The notes under the pieces: generated by a model | What the model saw: the letters and a program-made list of their open reading frames with translations, nothing else | Database searches by the model: none | Told to the model about the DNA's origin: nothing | Source: Candidatus Latescibacterota bacterium | GTDB lineage: Bacteria > Latescibacterota > UBA2968 | DNA: 64,000 nucleotides | Assembly: GCA_965207885.1 (NCBI GenBank) | Contig: OZ242311.1 | Span: 1,664,001-1,728,000 of the forward strand | Direction: 5' to 3' | Shown: positions 36,338-46,347 of the stretch, piece by piece | Numbering within the stretch: position 1 is the first letter of the stretch | Layout of the letters: every line of letters starts with the position of its first letter | Made by a program: the position numbers and the translations under genes

Positions 36338-37225
36338 TCACGCCCGTGGATGCGCCTGTCGATAAGCTCTTTTTAACCGTTCAACACTCACATGCGTATA
36401 AACCTGCGTGGTAGAAAGACTCGCATGGCCGAGCAATTCTCTCACCGCATTGAGATCTGCACCCGCATCCAGAAGATGGGTTGCATAGGCGTGGCGCAAT
36501 GCATGGGGGGACAAAGTCCGCCCAGTCGCTTTGCTTAGATACCGGGCAACGCGACCTTGAATACCACTCGGACTAAGCGGACGCCCAGACCGCGCCAAAA
36601 ACAAATGCCGTTGATCAACCGTCTGCTCAGAAATCAGTTCCCCTCGCCGCATCAGATAAGCCACCAGCGCGACCCGAGCCGGTTCCCCAAAAGGAACCAA
36701 TCGCTCCTTGTTGCCCTTGCCCACAACCCGCACCAGTTTATCTGCCAGATCCACAGCCTCAATTTTAAGCCCCGCAAGCTCGCGCAATCGAATCCCCGCG
36801 CTGTAAAACAACTCCAAAATCGCCCGATCGCGCAATCCCAACACCGTATTGGGCGACGGCAGGGACATCGCGCGGGCAACCTCGTCAACATCCAGATAAA
36901 CGGGCAATATCTTATCCTGCCTGGGCGGGCGCACATCAAGCGCTGGATTCCGATCCAAATCGCCCACATTGCACAAATAACTCAAAAACGTTCGCACCGC
37001 CGCCAGCTTTCGGGCAACAGACCGCCGACCAAATCCCCTATTGTGCAAAAATCCCAAAAAATCCCGCACTGCGTTCCGATCAATCTGTTCCACGCGATCC
37101 ACCTGACGCCCCTGCAAAAAAGCGGCGAACTGATCCAGATCCGTGTTATATGCCGCACACGTATGATCGGACAACCGCCGCTGCCGCGATAGATGAGTAA
37201 GAAATTGGGTAATGGCTGTTTTCAT
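36338..37225 (-). CDS. xerC: Tyrosine recombinase XerC
   Basis: RDRAILELFYSAGIR..EL, GKGNKER, SPHALRHAYATHLL..GADL..V.ELLGHASLSTTQVY; downstream of topA. Confidence 0.88.
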   Translation of the reverse strand: MKTAITQFLTHLSRQRRLSDHTCAAYNTDLDQFAAFLQGRQVDRVEQIDRNAVRDFLGFLHNRGFGRRSVARKLAAVRTFLSYLCNVGDLDRNPALDVRPPRQDKILPVYLDVDEVARAMSLPSPNTVLGLRDRAILELFYSAGIRLRELAGLKIEAVDLADKLVRVVGKGNKERLVPFGEPARVALVAYLMRRGELISEQTVDQRHLFLARSGRPLSPSGIQGRVARYLSKATGRTLSPHALRHAYATHLLDAGADLNAVRELLGHASLSTTQVYTHVSVERLKRAYRQAHPRA

Positions 37226-37256
37226 AACATTTAAAAGAAGGGAGGCACACGATGCC

Positions 37257-37679
37257 CTATTCCCTTTTATCCTCGGTGAGATTAATAAAAAAATCCCGAA
37301 ATACGTCTGGCGTCATGACCTGAACCCCTTTGCGACAATGCGAAGGATAATGTCGCGTATTGCCTGTAACCAGACAAGCTTTCCCAGCAATCGCAACTTC
37401 GAGGAAGGGTGCATCATCCATATCTGGAAGATCATCTGTTAGAGGCTGTGTGGGATACACTTCACCTCTGCGTTCAATTTGATCCATCAACGCCTGAACG
37501 CGGGCTGGATCAAATTGAAACTTTGGACGCGCCAGCACCTCGCGATATTCACTGATAATTCGTACATCATAACAAATGTTCACGGCGTTCGATGCCACCA
37601 AGCGCACGATTTCACCCGGCGCACCATAAGGATTTAAAAGCCCAGAAACCAGCACATTGGTATCCAAAACGATCTTCAT
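37257..37679 (-). CDS. PIN domain toxin
   Basis: VLDTNVLVSG, EY.EVL.RPKF, D.DD..FLE.A, LVTGN..HYP. Confidence 0.88.
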   Translation of the reverse strand: MKIVLDTNVLVSGLLNPYGAPGEIVRLVASNAVNICYDVRIISEYREVLARPKFQFDPARVQALMDQIERRGEVYPTQPLTDDLPDMDDAPFLEVAIAGKACLVTGNTRHYPSHCRKGVQVMTPDVFRDFFINLTEDKRE

Positions 37680-37957
37680 TGAGATCTCGATTTGCGCACG
37701 GCTTGTATTTCGCGGTTTACCTCTTTCAAATCCATCTTATTAAGACCATTTTCAACCGATTGATTTTGAAGATCATCAACAGCTTGAATTGCACGCACGC
37801 GACGAAAAGCCGCCAGGGTTTCTTCCCAATCGGCATCGGAAACAGATGACAAAATGGCGATAGGTTTTCCCTGAGCCGTAATCACCATTTCTCGCTCATC
37901 AGCCAATTGCTCCCAAATCTTGGCTGGTCGTAGATCTCTTATCTGAATAAAACGCAT
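37676..37957 (-). CDS. Phd/YefM-like antitoxin
   Basis: MRFIQIRDLR..VITAQGKPIAIL; ATGA overlap with the PIN gene. Confidence 0.8.
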   Translation of the reverse strand: MRFIQIRDLRPAKIWEQLADEREMVITAQGKPIAILSSVSDADWEETLAAFRRVRAIQAVDDLQNQSVENGLNKMDLKEVNREIQAVRKSRSQ

Positions 37958-37979
37958 TGTGGAATCTCCTACTGCCTTT

Positions 37980-38041
37980 CAAAACCTTCTGGATTACTTC
38001 GTCATGCTTCGCGTGGCGGCTCAACATCATGCCGCAATGAC
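37980..38041 (-). repeat. GTC..CCAG palindromic element, copy 2 (interrupted by 20 nt)
   Basis: Minus strand GTC-ATTGCGGC-ATGATGTTGA-GCCGC-[20 nt]-AAT-CCAGAAGGTTTTG. Confidence 0.6.
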
Positions 38042-38091
38042 GGGTGCTATCACTGAACTGATCTGGACTACGGCCAGTTGTACACTGTTCC

Positions 38092-40530
38092 TCACTTCCT
38101 ACGCCTACGCCTTCTCCTATTCGTCGCCGGATTTTCCGCAATAATCTTCTCGCAAGCAGCCTTTGTCAAAGACGACGCCTCTACGCCCTTTGGAATGCGG
38201 TAATTATTTCCATTGTGTTTAATATAAGGACCATACCGCCCGGCAAGAACCTGAATCCCGTCAAAATCGTGAATCACATTCTGCGACTGCCTGCCGCCTG
38301 CGCCGCCCTCCATGAATTTTTCGAGCGTCTCGCGGTCTAATGTCGCCGCATCCATCCCTCTGGGAATCCTGTAATTCTTACCATCTTTGCGAATATAGGG
38401 ACCATACCGCCCATTGAGCACCTGGAAATCGCCAAAATCCTGAATCACATTTTTGGCTTTGCGATCTTCCTCAGCAGCCGCGATCTCCAACGCGCGAGCA
38501 AGCGTCACCTCAAACAAGTCCTCTCCCTCTGGCAGGGAGAAAAAGTTGCGACCTATTCGCACATAGGGACCGTATCGACCAGTATTGACCTGCACCTCAT
38601 CACCCGCATCATTTTGCCCGAGTTTGCGGGGCAATTCAAAACACTTGAGAGCATCGGCCAATTCAATATCAAAAATACTCTGATTGGGAGGCAAAGATGC
38701 AAACAAAGGCTTGTCCTCTTCACCTGCCCTACCAATCTGGACATAAGGACCAAACTTCCCAAAACTCACACTCACCTCGCGTCCCGTATTGGGGTCTTTG
38801 CCCAACTTGCGCCCAATTTTATCAACCGACTTTTTGTCCTCCACCCGCTTATTAAACGGCGGATAAAACGCCTCCAACATCGCCTTCCATGAATTTTTGC
38901 CCTGAGCAATCTCGTCAAAATCGTCTTCGAGATGCGACGTAAAACGCAAATCGACAATATCGGGAAAATGCGCCATCAAAAAATCGTTCACCACCTCGCC
39001 GATATCTGTGGGTTTGAGCTTCTTATCTCGCGTGCGTTCCACATACTCCCGGCTTTGAATCGTCGAAATCGTCGGCGAATAAGTCGAGGGACGCCCAATA
39101 CCCTCGCCCTCGAGCTTCTTCACCAGCGAAGCCTCGGTATAACGCGCGGGCGGCTTGGTAAACAACTGCTCCAAATGCAACTTCTCCAAATTGAGCACCT
39201 GTCCCTTAGCAACCCTGGGCAAAATCACATCTTTATCGCTGATATTGGCCTCCGGATCATCTGATCCCTCGGCATAAACCCTCAAAAATCCAGGGAATAA
39301 AACGCGCTGCCCCTTTGCCTCAAAAATCAATTCACCAGCCTCACCTGCCCGAATGCGAATCGTCGTATATGCAATGCGCGCATCGGCCATCTGCGTCGCC
39401 AACGTGCGCTTCCAGATCAAATCGTAAAGCCGAAATTGTCGGGGATCGAGATGTGCTCTAACGCGATTGGGTTTAATCGACAAATCCGCCGGACGAATCG
39501 CCTCGTGCGCTTCTTGCGCCCCCCTGGTCCTATTGGCAAACCGCCGGGGTTTTTCCACAGTATAATCCCGACCAAATTCTCGCGCGATCACCTCCCGCGC
39601 CTGATTCACCGCCTGCTCGGCCAAACTCACCGAATCGGTACGCATATACGTAATCAAACCGCCGGTATATCCGGGAATTTCAAAATTGCCCTCATAAAGC
39701 TGTTGTGCAACCCGCATCGTCTGCGCCACGGAAAAACTTAGTTTGCGAGACGCCTCTTGTTGCAACGTCGATGTCGTAAACGGAGGCACGGGCCGCCGCA
39801 CGCCCTCGCGCTCGATCACCTCTGCCACGACAAATTGTCCCTTCAGCGCGCTCGCTTCAATAGCTCTGGCCTCGGCTTCATTTTTCACAGACGCTTTTTT
39901 GCCATTCTGCCGCGTCAATTCAGCCTGAAATTTGGGATCCTTAAAATCGGATTTAATCCTCCAATATTCCTCTGGCTTAAACGCCCGAATCTCCCGCTCC
40001 CGATCAACAATAATCCGCACCGCCACACTCTGCACGCGTCCGGCTGACAATCCGCCCTTTACCTTTCGCCACAACAAAGGCGACAACTCATATCCCACAG
40101 CGCGATCCAAAATGCGACGCGCCTGTTGTGCATCGACCAAATTTTGATCCAGTTCGCGCGGATTTTCAAGCGCGTGCAAAATCGCAGACCGGGTAATCTC
40201 GTGGAACACAATCCGCTTAATAGACTGATTCTTGAGCTTGAGCGCGGAAATCAGATGCCACGAAATAGATTCCCCTTCGCGGTCTTCATCCGTCGCCAGA
40301 TATACAGTCGTATCTTTTTCAATATCCTTTTTCAGCGCCTGAATCACGCTGCGCTTGTCTTGCGACACGACGTATTTGGGATCAAAACTCTCCACATCAA
40401 AGCCCAATTCACGTGCTGGAAGATCGCGCACATGCCCCATAGAAGCGGCGACTTTGTAGTCCTTGCCCACAAATCGAGAAATTGTGCGTGCCTTAGCAGG
40501 TGATTCGACAATAATCAAATTTTTTGCCAT
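38092..40530 (-). CDS. topA: DNA topoisomerase I with C-terminal repeats
   Basis: IVESPAKA, ATDEDREGE, SAGRVQS, ITYMRTDS, AQEAHEAIRP, GIGRPST; GRYGPY repeats and basic tail. Confidence 0.98.
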   Translation of the reverse strand: MAKNLIIVESPAKARTISRFVGKDYKVAASMGHVRDLPARELGFDVESFDPKYVVSQDKRSVIQALKKDIEKDTTVYLATDEDREGESISWHLISALKLKNQSIKRIVFHEITRSAILHALENPRELDQNLVDAQQARRILDRAVGYELSPLLWRKVKGGLSAGRVQSVAVRIIVDREREIRAFKPEEYWRIKSDFKDPKFQAELTRQNGKKASVKNEAEARAIEASALKGQFVVAEVIEREGVRRPVPPFTTSTLQQEASRKLSFSVAQTMRVAQQLYEGNFEIPGYTGGLITYMRTDSVSLAEQAVNQAREVIAREFGRDYTVEKPRRFANRTRGAQEAHEAIRPADLSIKPNRVRAHLDPRQFRLYDLIWKRTLATQMADARIAYTTIRIRAGEAGELIFEAKGQRVLFPGFLRVYAEGSDDPEANISDKDVILPRVAKGQVLNLEKLHLEQLFTKPPARYTEASLVKKLEGEGIGRPSTYSPTISTIQSREYVERTRDKKLKPTDIGEVVNDFLMAHFPDIVDLRFTSHLEDDFDEIAQGKNSWKAMLEAFYPPFNKRVEDKKSVDKIGRKLGKDPNTGREVSVSFGKFGPYVQIGRAGEEDKPLFASLPPNQSIFDIELADALKCFELPRKLGQNDAGDEVQVNTGRYGPYVRIGRNFFSLPEGEDLFEVTLARALEIAAAEEDRKAKNVIQDFGDFQVLNGRYGPYIRKDGKNYRIPRGMDAATLDRETLEKFMEGGAGGRQSQNVIHDFDGIQVLAGRYGPYIKHNGNNYRIPKGVEASSLTKAACEKIIAENPATNRRRRRRRK

Positions 40531-40553
40531 CAAAACATCCTTTATCATTCAGG

Positions 40554-40580
40554 GTAGGGGCGACGCTCCTGTATTCGCCC
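40554..40580 (+). repeat. GTAG-type REP-like palindrome
   Basis: GTAG-GGGCGA-cgctcctgtat-TCGCCC. Confidence 0.5.
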
Positions 40581-40620
40581 ATTACAATCCAGAAAAAAAT
40601 ACGCGCACCAATTACAAAAG

Positions 40621-42681
40621 TCAAGGTCGCGTCCCTCGGCTCGTGCGCGCAGACTGTGCAATGAGCATCTCTGCACCCATCGCCATCAAAGCTGCCAACA
40701 GCACCCATCGCCAGAGTTCCTGACCGTGCCTCTGAGAAAGGACAGCCTCCTTCAAATCGGCCTTGTCATCCACAACGCGCAAGCGATCTTTACCAAAAAG
40801 TGCCTCGAGTTGCGCCATCGGAACCGGAGTCAAATCGGGTTCGCGCTCATCAATCTGAACCGCAAAGCGATCAGAAACGCGCTCGCGCGCAAAAATCTCC
40901 CACAGCCCTGGCTCATCCACCACGCCAACCGGCCACACCGATTGCAAGCCGCGTTGTTGAGGCCAAATTGTTCTGGGTTCTCCACCTGGCGCTTGCAAAA
41001 CAGCTTCAGAAGCATTTTCCCGTCGGATATCTCTGTACACGACCTGACCGACGCGATAGTCAGAACGACCAAATGCCCCGGCCGCCAGATATCCGCTCAG
41101 GCGATGCACAAATGGAACAAAAAAGCCGGAAAGCGGCGCGTCATTCCATCCCAAATTCGCGCTTACCGAAGACGCAAACAGCACGACGCGCCCATTGCCC
41201 TTGCGAGACTCGAGAAGCGCGGGTGCCCCCGAGGCAAAGGACAACACAGGGCGTGCATTTGCCGCGGGCAAAACCCGATAAGAAACAAAAAAACGCGGGC
41301 TTTGAAACGCCCCCTTGAGTTCCAGGCCCGATAGCATGGGATGGTCGGGCAAAACCGTCTGCAAAGCCTGATAAGCACCCGACAACGCGCCCCGAGTACC
41401 GAGCAATTTAGCCGGAAAAAGCGCGGGCAACACATGCTCATTATAATATCGGACATCTATTTGATCCCCCAAAAAAATAGCCAGACCAACCCCGCGTGAT
41501 ATCCGATTTTGCAAAGCGGCAATCGCACCTGTAGAAAGCCGCGCGACATTGCACAAAAAAACCACATCGACACCTTCCAGCACCTGATCTGATACGCGTT
41601 CGGGTTTAACATGCACCACTTCGCTTGAGGCAACGGACAAAGCCTCTGCGAGATAATAAGACTCGTGGGACACCTGACCCACCAGCAAAATGCGAACGCG
41701 CTCTGGAACGCGCAACACCGTCACGCGCTCGTTGTCTGCCTCGAGAGCGTCTGCCCCGATTTCCACACGCAGGGCAACATCCCCTCCTGTTTTGGGCACA
41801 AACGACGTATGCAATTTGCGACGCCCGCCCGCAGGTACATGGGCAATATCCTGACCAATGCGCCGATCATCCAAAAATATCTGCACAGGCACATCGCCTC
41901 GATTTGCCACACCATAATTGATCAATTCGATCGCCAGCGTGGTTGAACGCCCGACCTCTGGAGAAGTGGTATTGATCTGCCCGATGCCAATATTGGCAAC
42001 TTGCGAAGGCCGCTCGGAAATGATGTACACCGATACATCGTCCAAATTAGACAGTGTATCGGGCAAATTCGCCCATCCATTATATGCGCGATCCGTTACA
42101 AAATACAACTCGCGATTGGGCATCTGTGACCCGGACAAATGCGACAAAGCCAATTGCAATCCCGCCTCAAAATCTGTACTGCCAAATCCGGGTTGCAGCG
42201 TATCCATAAACAACCGCAACCGCTCTGGCGAAGTCACATCGACCTCCTCGACACCCTTATCGATCAGTGCCAGACGCACATCGTCGCGCTCATCAAACAG
42301 AGCCAATAGAGCCTGCGCCTTGCGAAGTGCGCGCTCAAACAAAGTACCTTCTGCTGTGCGGTATTGCATACTCAACGAACGATCGAGCAAAATAACCGCC
42401 GACGTACCCGCATCGCCCACCTGCCCACTGCCCCCACTCAAAGTCGGACGCGCGAAAGCCAGCACGAGCAAAACAATGAGCAGGGTTCGCAAAATGAGCA
42501 ACGCGAGATGCTTGAATTTTAGCCGTCGCATGCGGTCGTGCTGGAGTTTTTGCAAAAGTGCCACATTTGAAAACGACACCGTTACTGCACGGCGCCGATT
42601 CAGTAAATGAATCACAAGCGGCAACAACGCCGCCCACAAACCGTGCAACAACATCGGATTTGTAAATGAAAGACCGAACAT
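40621..42681 (-). CDS. BatA-type N-terminal TM domain + VWA-like membrane protein
   Basis: F.NP..L....LP..IHL..RRR...FS..LL..LR.L....L.LAFARP; LLDRSLSM MIDAS; C-terminal ELWRW TM. Confidence 0.85.
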   Translation of the reverse strand: MFGLSFTNPMLLHGLWAALLPLVIHLLNRRRAVTVSFSNVALLQKLQHDRMRRLKFKHLALLILRTLLIVLLVLAFARPTLSGGSGQVGDAGTSAVILLDRSLSMQYRTAEGTLFERALRKAQALLALFDERDDVRLALIDKGVEEVDVTSPERLRLFMDTLQPGFGSTDFEAGLQLALSHLSGSQMPNRELYFVTDRAYNGWANLPDTLSNLDDVSVYIISERPSQVANIGIGQINTTSPEVGRSTTLAIELINYGVANRGDVPVQIFLDDRRIGQDIAHVPAGGRRKLHTSFVPKTGGDVALRVEIGADALEADNERVTVLRVPERVRILLVGQVSHESYYLAEALSVASSEVVHVKPERVSDQVLEGVDVVFLCNVARLSTGAIAALQNRISRGVGLAIFLGDQIDVRYYNEHVLPALFPAKLLGTRGALSGAYQALQTVLPDHPMLSGLELKGAFQSPRFFVSYRVLPAANARPVLSFASGAPALLESRKGNGRVVLFASSVSANLGWNDAPLSGFFVPFVHRLSGYLAAGAFGRSDYRVGQVVYRDIRRENASEAVLQAPGGEPRTIWPQQRGLQSVWPVGVVDEPGLWEIFARERVSDRFAVQIDEREPDLTPVPMAQLEALFGKDRLRVVDDKADLKEAVLSQRHGQELWRWVLLAALMAMGAEMLIAQSARTSRGTRP

Positions 42682-42695
42682 GAAAAAAGCTCAAA

Positions 42696-42727
42696 CAAAA
42701 AAACCTGCTTCATAGAAAAGCAGGCAT
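42696..42727 (-). terminator. Terminator after the PTS IIA gene
   Basis: Minus strand CCTGCTT-ttctatg-AAGCAGG followed by a T run. Confidence 0.7.
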
Positions 42728-42750
42728 CGGGTCGATTCTTATGATATTTA

Positions 42751-43212
42751 TTAGTTTTTCTTATCTTCCGCTTCAATAATCGCCAGAGCCTCCTCGCGAT
42801 TTCTAATGCCAATCAGACGCTGTCTAAAATCCTCTCCTTTGAGCACTCTTGATATCCGCGCTAAGGCTTTAATATGCGGTCCCGAGACATTTAGGGGCGA
42901 GACCAGAAGAAAAAAAATGTAGGTCTTTTTGCCATCTAAAGCATTAAAATTGATACCATCCGACTTGATGCCCAGCACACCGCCCAGCGTCGTGGCATAT
43001 TCCGATTTTCCATGGGGAATGGCAATACCGTGTCCAATACCCGTACTCATAATATCTTCGCGCTCTAAAACCGCCTGGAGCACCTTATCGCGGTCAGTAA
43101 TTTTATCGCCTACTTCGAGTTCATTAACAAGCTCTTCGAGAATTTCCCGCTTGTTTTGCCCCTTAAGCCCGATAATGACCGATTTGCCCGACAGAATCTC
43201 CATCAACGTCAT
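42751..43212 (-). CDS. PTS IIA domain protein (PtsN/fructose-type)
   Basis: ERE..MSTGIGHGIAIPH, F.ALDG, HIKALARIS. Confidence 0.9.
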   Translation of the reverse strand: MTLMEILSGKSVIIGLKGQNKREILEELVNELEVGDKITDRDKVLQAVLEREDIMSTGIGHGIAIPHGKSEYATTLGGVLGIKSDGINFNALDGKKTYIFFLLVSPLNVSGPHIKALARISRVLKGEDFRQRLIGIRNREEALAIIEAEDKKN

Positions 43213-43287
43213 AAATGCCCTTTCATTCGAGTGAGAGCATAGACATCCCTGCCTGCGCGCCTATCCGCACACATCGCTTTCAGACGG

Positions 43288-43316
43288 AAAATAAAACGCC
43301 CCTTCAACTAAGTCAA
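43288..43316 (-). promoter_or_regulatory. Putative promoter of the PTS IIA gene
   Basis: Minus strand TTGACT-N17-TATTTT. Confidence 0.5.
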
Positions 43317-43459
43317 GAAAATTAGATATATTTATACCTGTGCAGCTTCATAAGTCACAAAAGTCATTGAGAAATTCAGCAAAAGTTTTTAATGTTTAAA
43401 AGAAACCAAAAACCCAAACAAGCGTGTAAAAACTGCCTCGACACTTACAAGGATTATCC

Positions 43460-45766
43460 ATGTTCAAAGTCCTCTACTCGACCATTTATCTACTCATCAT
43501 CAGTTTTGCAAGCACGGGATTCGCGCAAAACGGCGACCTCCACGACGTCATCAACCGGTTGAAAGCAGATCTGGCTACCGCGTCTGATTCGTCGGCGAAC
43601 TACGCGCGCCTGGGCCTGCTCTATTTGCGCCTTGAAGAAGCCGACAGCGCCGAAGCAGCCTTTCAAAATGCACTCGCCTTGCGCCCCAATCTCGCCATTG
43701 CCCACACGGGCCTGGGTCGCGTGTACCAAAATCTGCGAAACAAACCCAACCGCGCGCTGTCGCACTATGAAAAAGCGGTCGCCATCGACACCACAGACGC
43801 CGACGCCCACGACCGCCTCATCAAAACCCTGCTCGCCCTTGAAGACATGGGAAGCCGCGCGCGAAAAGCGGCCTCCCAAACTATTGCGCGATTTCCCGAT
43901 CTGCCTTCGCCCTATCTCCTGCTCGCGCGCGCACACCGCGAAGAAGGAAGCGCGCATCAAGTCGCGCTTTACTACTACAAAAAATACCTCGAACGCAACC
44001 CCGAAGACCACGAAACCGCATACCAATTTACCTACGCGCTATACGAAGCCAAAGAATACCGCGACCTCGAAGACATCACATCGCGCATGCGAGGAGACCC
44101 CCGCGCACTGCCATTGCTCGCCCAGGCCCTCATACAAAGACGCGACCACGAAGGCGCATTGGCGGCATTTCAACGTTATATCGAGACCCTGTCCAAAGAA
44201 GAACAGCCCCTCTTTGACGACATCTCTTATATCGGCTCAAGAGCCGAAGCGCGCGCTTACCGCCTCGCGTCGGCCTCGGACGACAAAACACAACGCGAGC
44301 GTTTTCTCACACGCTTCTGGTTGCAAAAAGATCCCTTTAAAACCTCGGGAGGCGCACTGCGCCGAGCCGAACACTACCGCAGGGTATGGCATGCGCGAAC
44401 CCATTTTGGCAGAAAGTGGCCGTGGGATCGCCGGGGAGAAATCTACATTCGATATGGAGAACCCGATTACATCTCCACCTCTCGCAAACTCAACGCCATC
44501 GTACCACTCGACGTACAGCGCCTTCAAGAACAAAGAGCGTATGCGATTTACGGCGATGCGGGCATTGAGGCAAACTTCGTCGGTCCCGTCTATCCGATTC
44601 GCACCATGGAAGAAGGCGGCCTGGGTCGCGTGGGCAACATGGGCTTTACCGACTACCGCCCCGTCACAACGACCAGCGGCTGGACCTCTGTACCCTGGGA
44701 AGTCTGGATATACAAAAACCTCGGACAGGGCGCAGAATTTACATTTACCGATGAATTTCTGGGCGGAAACTTCGATTTTGCCCCCGTCCCATCGCTGACC
44801 GAAGAAGACCTCGCCAATGCCGAATCCTCCGGACGGTCGTACATGAGCGTTATTCAGCGCCTCAACGAATTTAACTCCGCCACCCTCGCCCAATCGCTCG
44901 CGGCAATAGAACCCGAATTGTACAGCATAGAAGCGCTCGACCCCCTCGACTTTTACTTCGACGCCCTCACCTTTCGGGGACCGGAAAACAAAACCGAATT
45001 GCAGGTCATATTTGGCCTGCCTTTAGACAACGTAGCCCTGCCCACAGATCCGGACACCACTGTAGTCGTCGAACGTCGCACCGCACTTATCTACCCCCGC
45101 GCCCTCGATTTTCAGAACACCAAAAGCGCATTGGCCATCGACATCACCGATGATATTCGTGACCGGGGTTTACAAGCCCTCAGCAGCGTGCGCCACATCG
45201 CCGAACCCGGCGTATATGAACTGGCCGTCGAAGCATGGCGTCAAGACACCAACCGCATTGGTGCCTATCGCCAGGGCGATCTTCGCTTGCCCGCCTATCA
45301 CGACAAAAGCCATCTGATGATGAGCGACATCCAGGTCGCCTCCCGCATCATCGAAGCGGACCGCGCACCCGACACATCCTTTGTGCGCGGCGACCTTTAC
45401 ATTCAGCCGCAGCCCTCGGCAGCCTTTGTCCCCGGCATGTCCATGTACGTTTACTTTGAAATCTACAACCTCAAACGCGACGAATTTGGACAGACGCGCT
45501 ACACCATCTCCTACGAAGTACAAAAACGCCAGGAAACCGGTTTCGCACTCGTCTCCCTCCTCGCCAAATTGGGCAAAAAAAATACCGAGGCCGTTGGCCT
45601 CAGCTTTGATCAAGTCGGTACAAACCCCGACGAAAACACCTATCTCGAAATGCCCCTCACCAATCTCGCACCCGGACGCTACACCCTCAAACTCACAATC
45701 ACAGACAAAAACGCCGACCAGACCACAAAAAAAGATGCTGTCTTTTTTCTTATGGGCACCCGATAA
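43460..45766 (+). CDS. Secreted TPR + GWxTD domain protein
   Basis: Signal peptide, TPR helices, FW..KDP, EHYRRV..A...F..WDRRGEIYIRYGEPD, WEVWIY, C-terminal PG.Y.L Ig-like segments. Confidence 0.82.
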   Translation: MFKVLYSTIYLLIISFASTGFAQNGDLHDVINRLKADLATASDSSANYARLGLLYLRLEEADSAEAAFQNALALRPNLAIAHTGLGRVYQNLRNKPNRALSHYEKAVAIDTTDADAHDRLIKTLLALEDMGSRARKAASQTIARFPDLPSPYLLLARAHREEGSAHQVALYYYKKYLERNPEDHETAYQFTYALYEAKEYRDLEDITSRMRGDPRALPLLAQALIQRRDHEGALAAFQRYIETLSKEEQPLFDDISYIGSRAEARAYRLASASDDKTQRERFLTRFWLQKDPFKTSGGALRRAEHYRRVWHARTHFGRKWPWDRRGEIYIRYGEPDYISTSRKLNAIVPLDVQRLQEQRAYAIYGDAGIEANFVGPVYPIRTMEEGGLGRVGNMGFTDYRPVTTTSGWTSVPWEVWIYKNLGQGAEFTFTDEFLGGNFDFAPVPSLTEEDLANAESSGRSYMSVIQRLNEFNSATLAQSLAAIEPELYSIEALDPLDFYFDALTFRGPENKTELQVIFGLPLDNVALPTDPDTTVVVERRTALIYPRALDFQNTKSALAIDITDDIRDRGLQALSSVRHIAEPGVYELAVEAWRQDTNRIGAYRQGDLRLPAYHDKSHLMMSDIQVASRIIEADRAPDTSFVRGDLYIQPQPSAAFVPGMSMYVYFEIYNLKRDEFGQTRYTISYEVQKRQETGFALVSLLAKLGKKNTEAVGLSFDQVGTNPDENTYLEMPLTNLAPGRYTLKLTITDKNADQTTKKDAVFFLMGTR

Positions 45767-45769
45767 TTC

Positions 45770-46300
45770 TCACCCCGTTCTAATCACATACGTCTCTGCC
45801 ACGCGGTCGTGGATCCCCTGACCATCGGGATGACGCCGCGCCATGTGAATCAACACCACCCAGACCACCGTACCGATCACCATCGCAGTCGAAGAAACCG
45901 CAGCCGATTGTCCATCAACTTCAACGGTATCCATCACTTCTCCATCCGCGGGACTCTGATACAACTCCTCTGGCGTCAACAGAGCCATCACAATAAACAG
46001 CACAAAAACCGGCGCCCACTTCACCACTGCACGCTGAAACGTCTGCCCATAACTCAACCCGCCACCCTGAGCATCAATCACGCGCAATCCCAACAACATC
46101 TTGCCCGGCGTCTGGCCCATAACCCCCACAAATATCGCGGAATATATCACAATAAAAATAAAATCCACCATCCACACACCCGCAGGCGATAGCAGCATAT
46201 TGCGCAGAACCACCGTCAGCACCAAGTGCAAAATCAAAAAATCCAGCACCGTTGCCAACAGACGCCGTCCTATCCCGGCGATTTCGCTTTGCATCAACAT
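45770..46300 (-). CDS. RDD family membrane protein
   Basis: RRLLATVLD, GQTPGKMLLGLRV, HDRVAETYV. Confidence 0.9.
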   Translation of the reverse strand: MLMQSEIAGIGRRLLATVLDFLILHLVLTVVLRNMLLSPAGVWMVDFIFIVIYSAIFVGVMGQTPGKMLLGLRVIDAQGGGLSYGQTFQRAVVKWAPVFVLFIVMALLTPEELYQSPADGEVMDTVEVDGQSAAVSSTAMVIGTVVWVVLIHMARRHPDGQGIHDRVAETYVIRTG

Positions 46301-46347
46301 ATCTTCACCTTATTATTATGAATATAACTAAAAACTCAGGGGATAAC

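Noticed and set aside
36338-37225. Tyrosine recombinase as an integron or prophage integrase
   Set aside because: Length, motifs and position after topA fit chromosomal XerC; no IntI-specific insertion, attC array or phage genes seen
38092-38780. Repeated GRYGPY units in the topA C-terminus
   Set aside because: Known topoisomerase I C-terminal repeats; not novel
43632-44798. 388-aa alternative-frame ORF inside the GWxTD gene
   Set aside because: Thr/Pro/Lys/Ser-rich composition typical of a shifted frame; no RBS or domain signal
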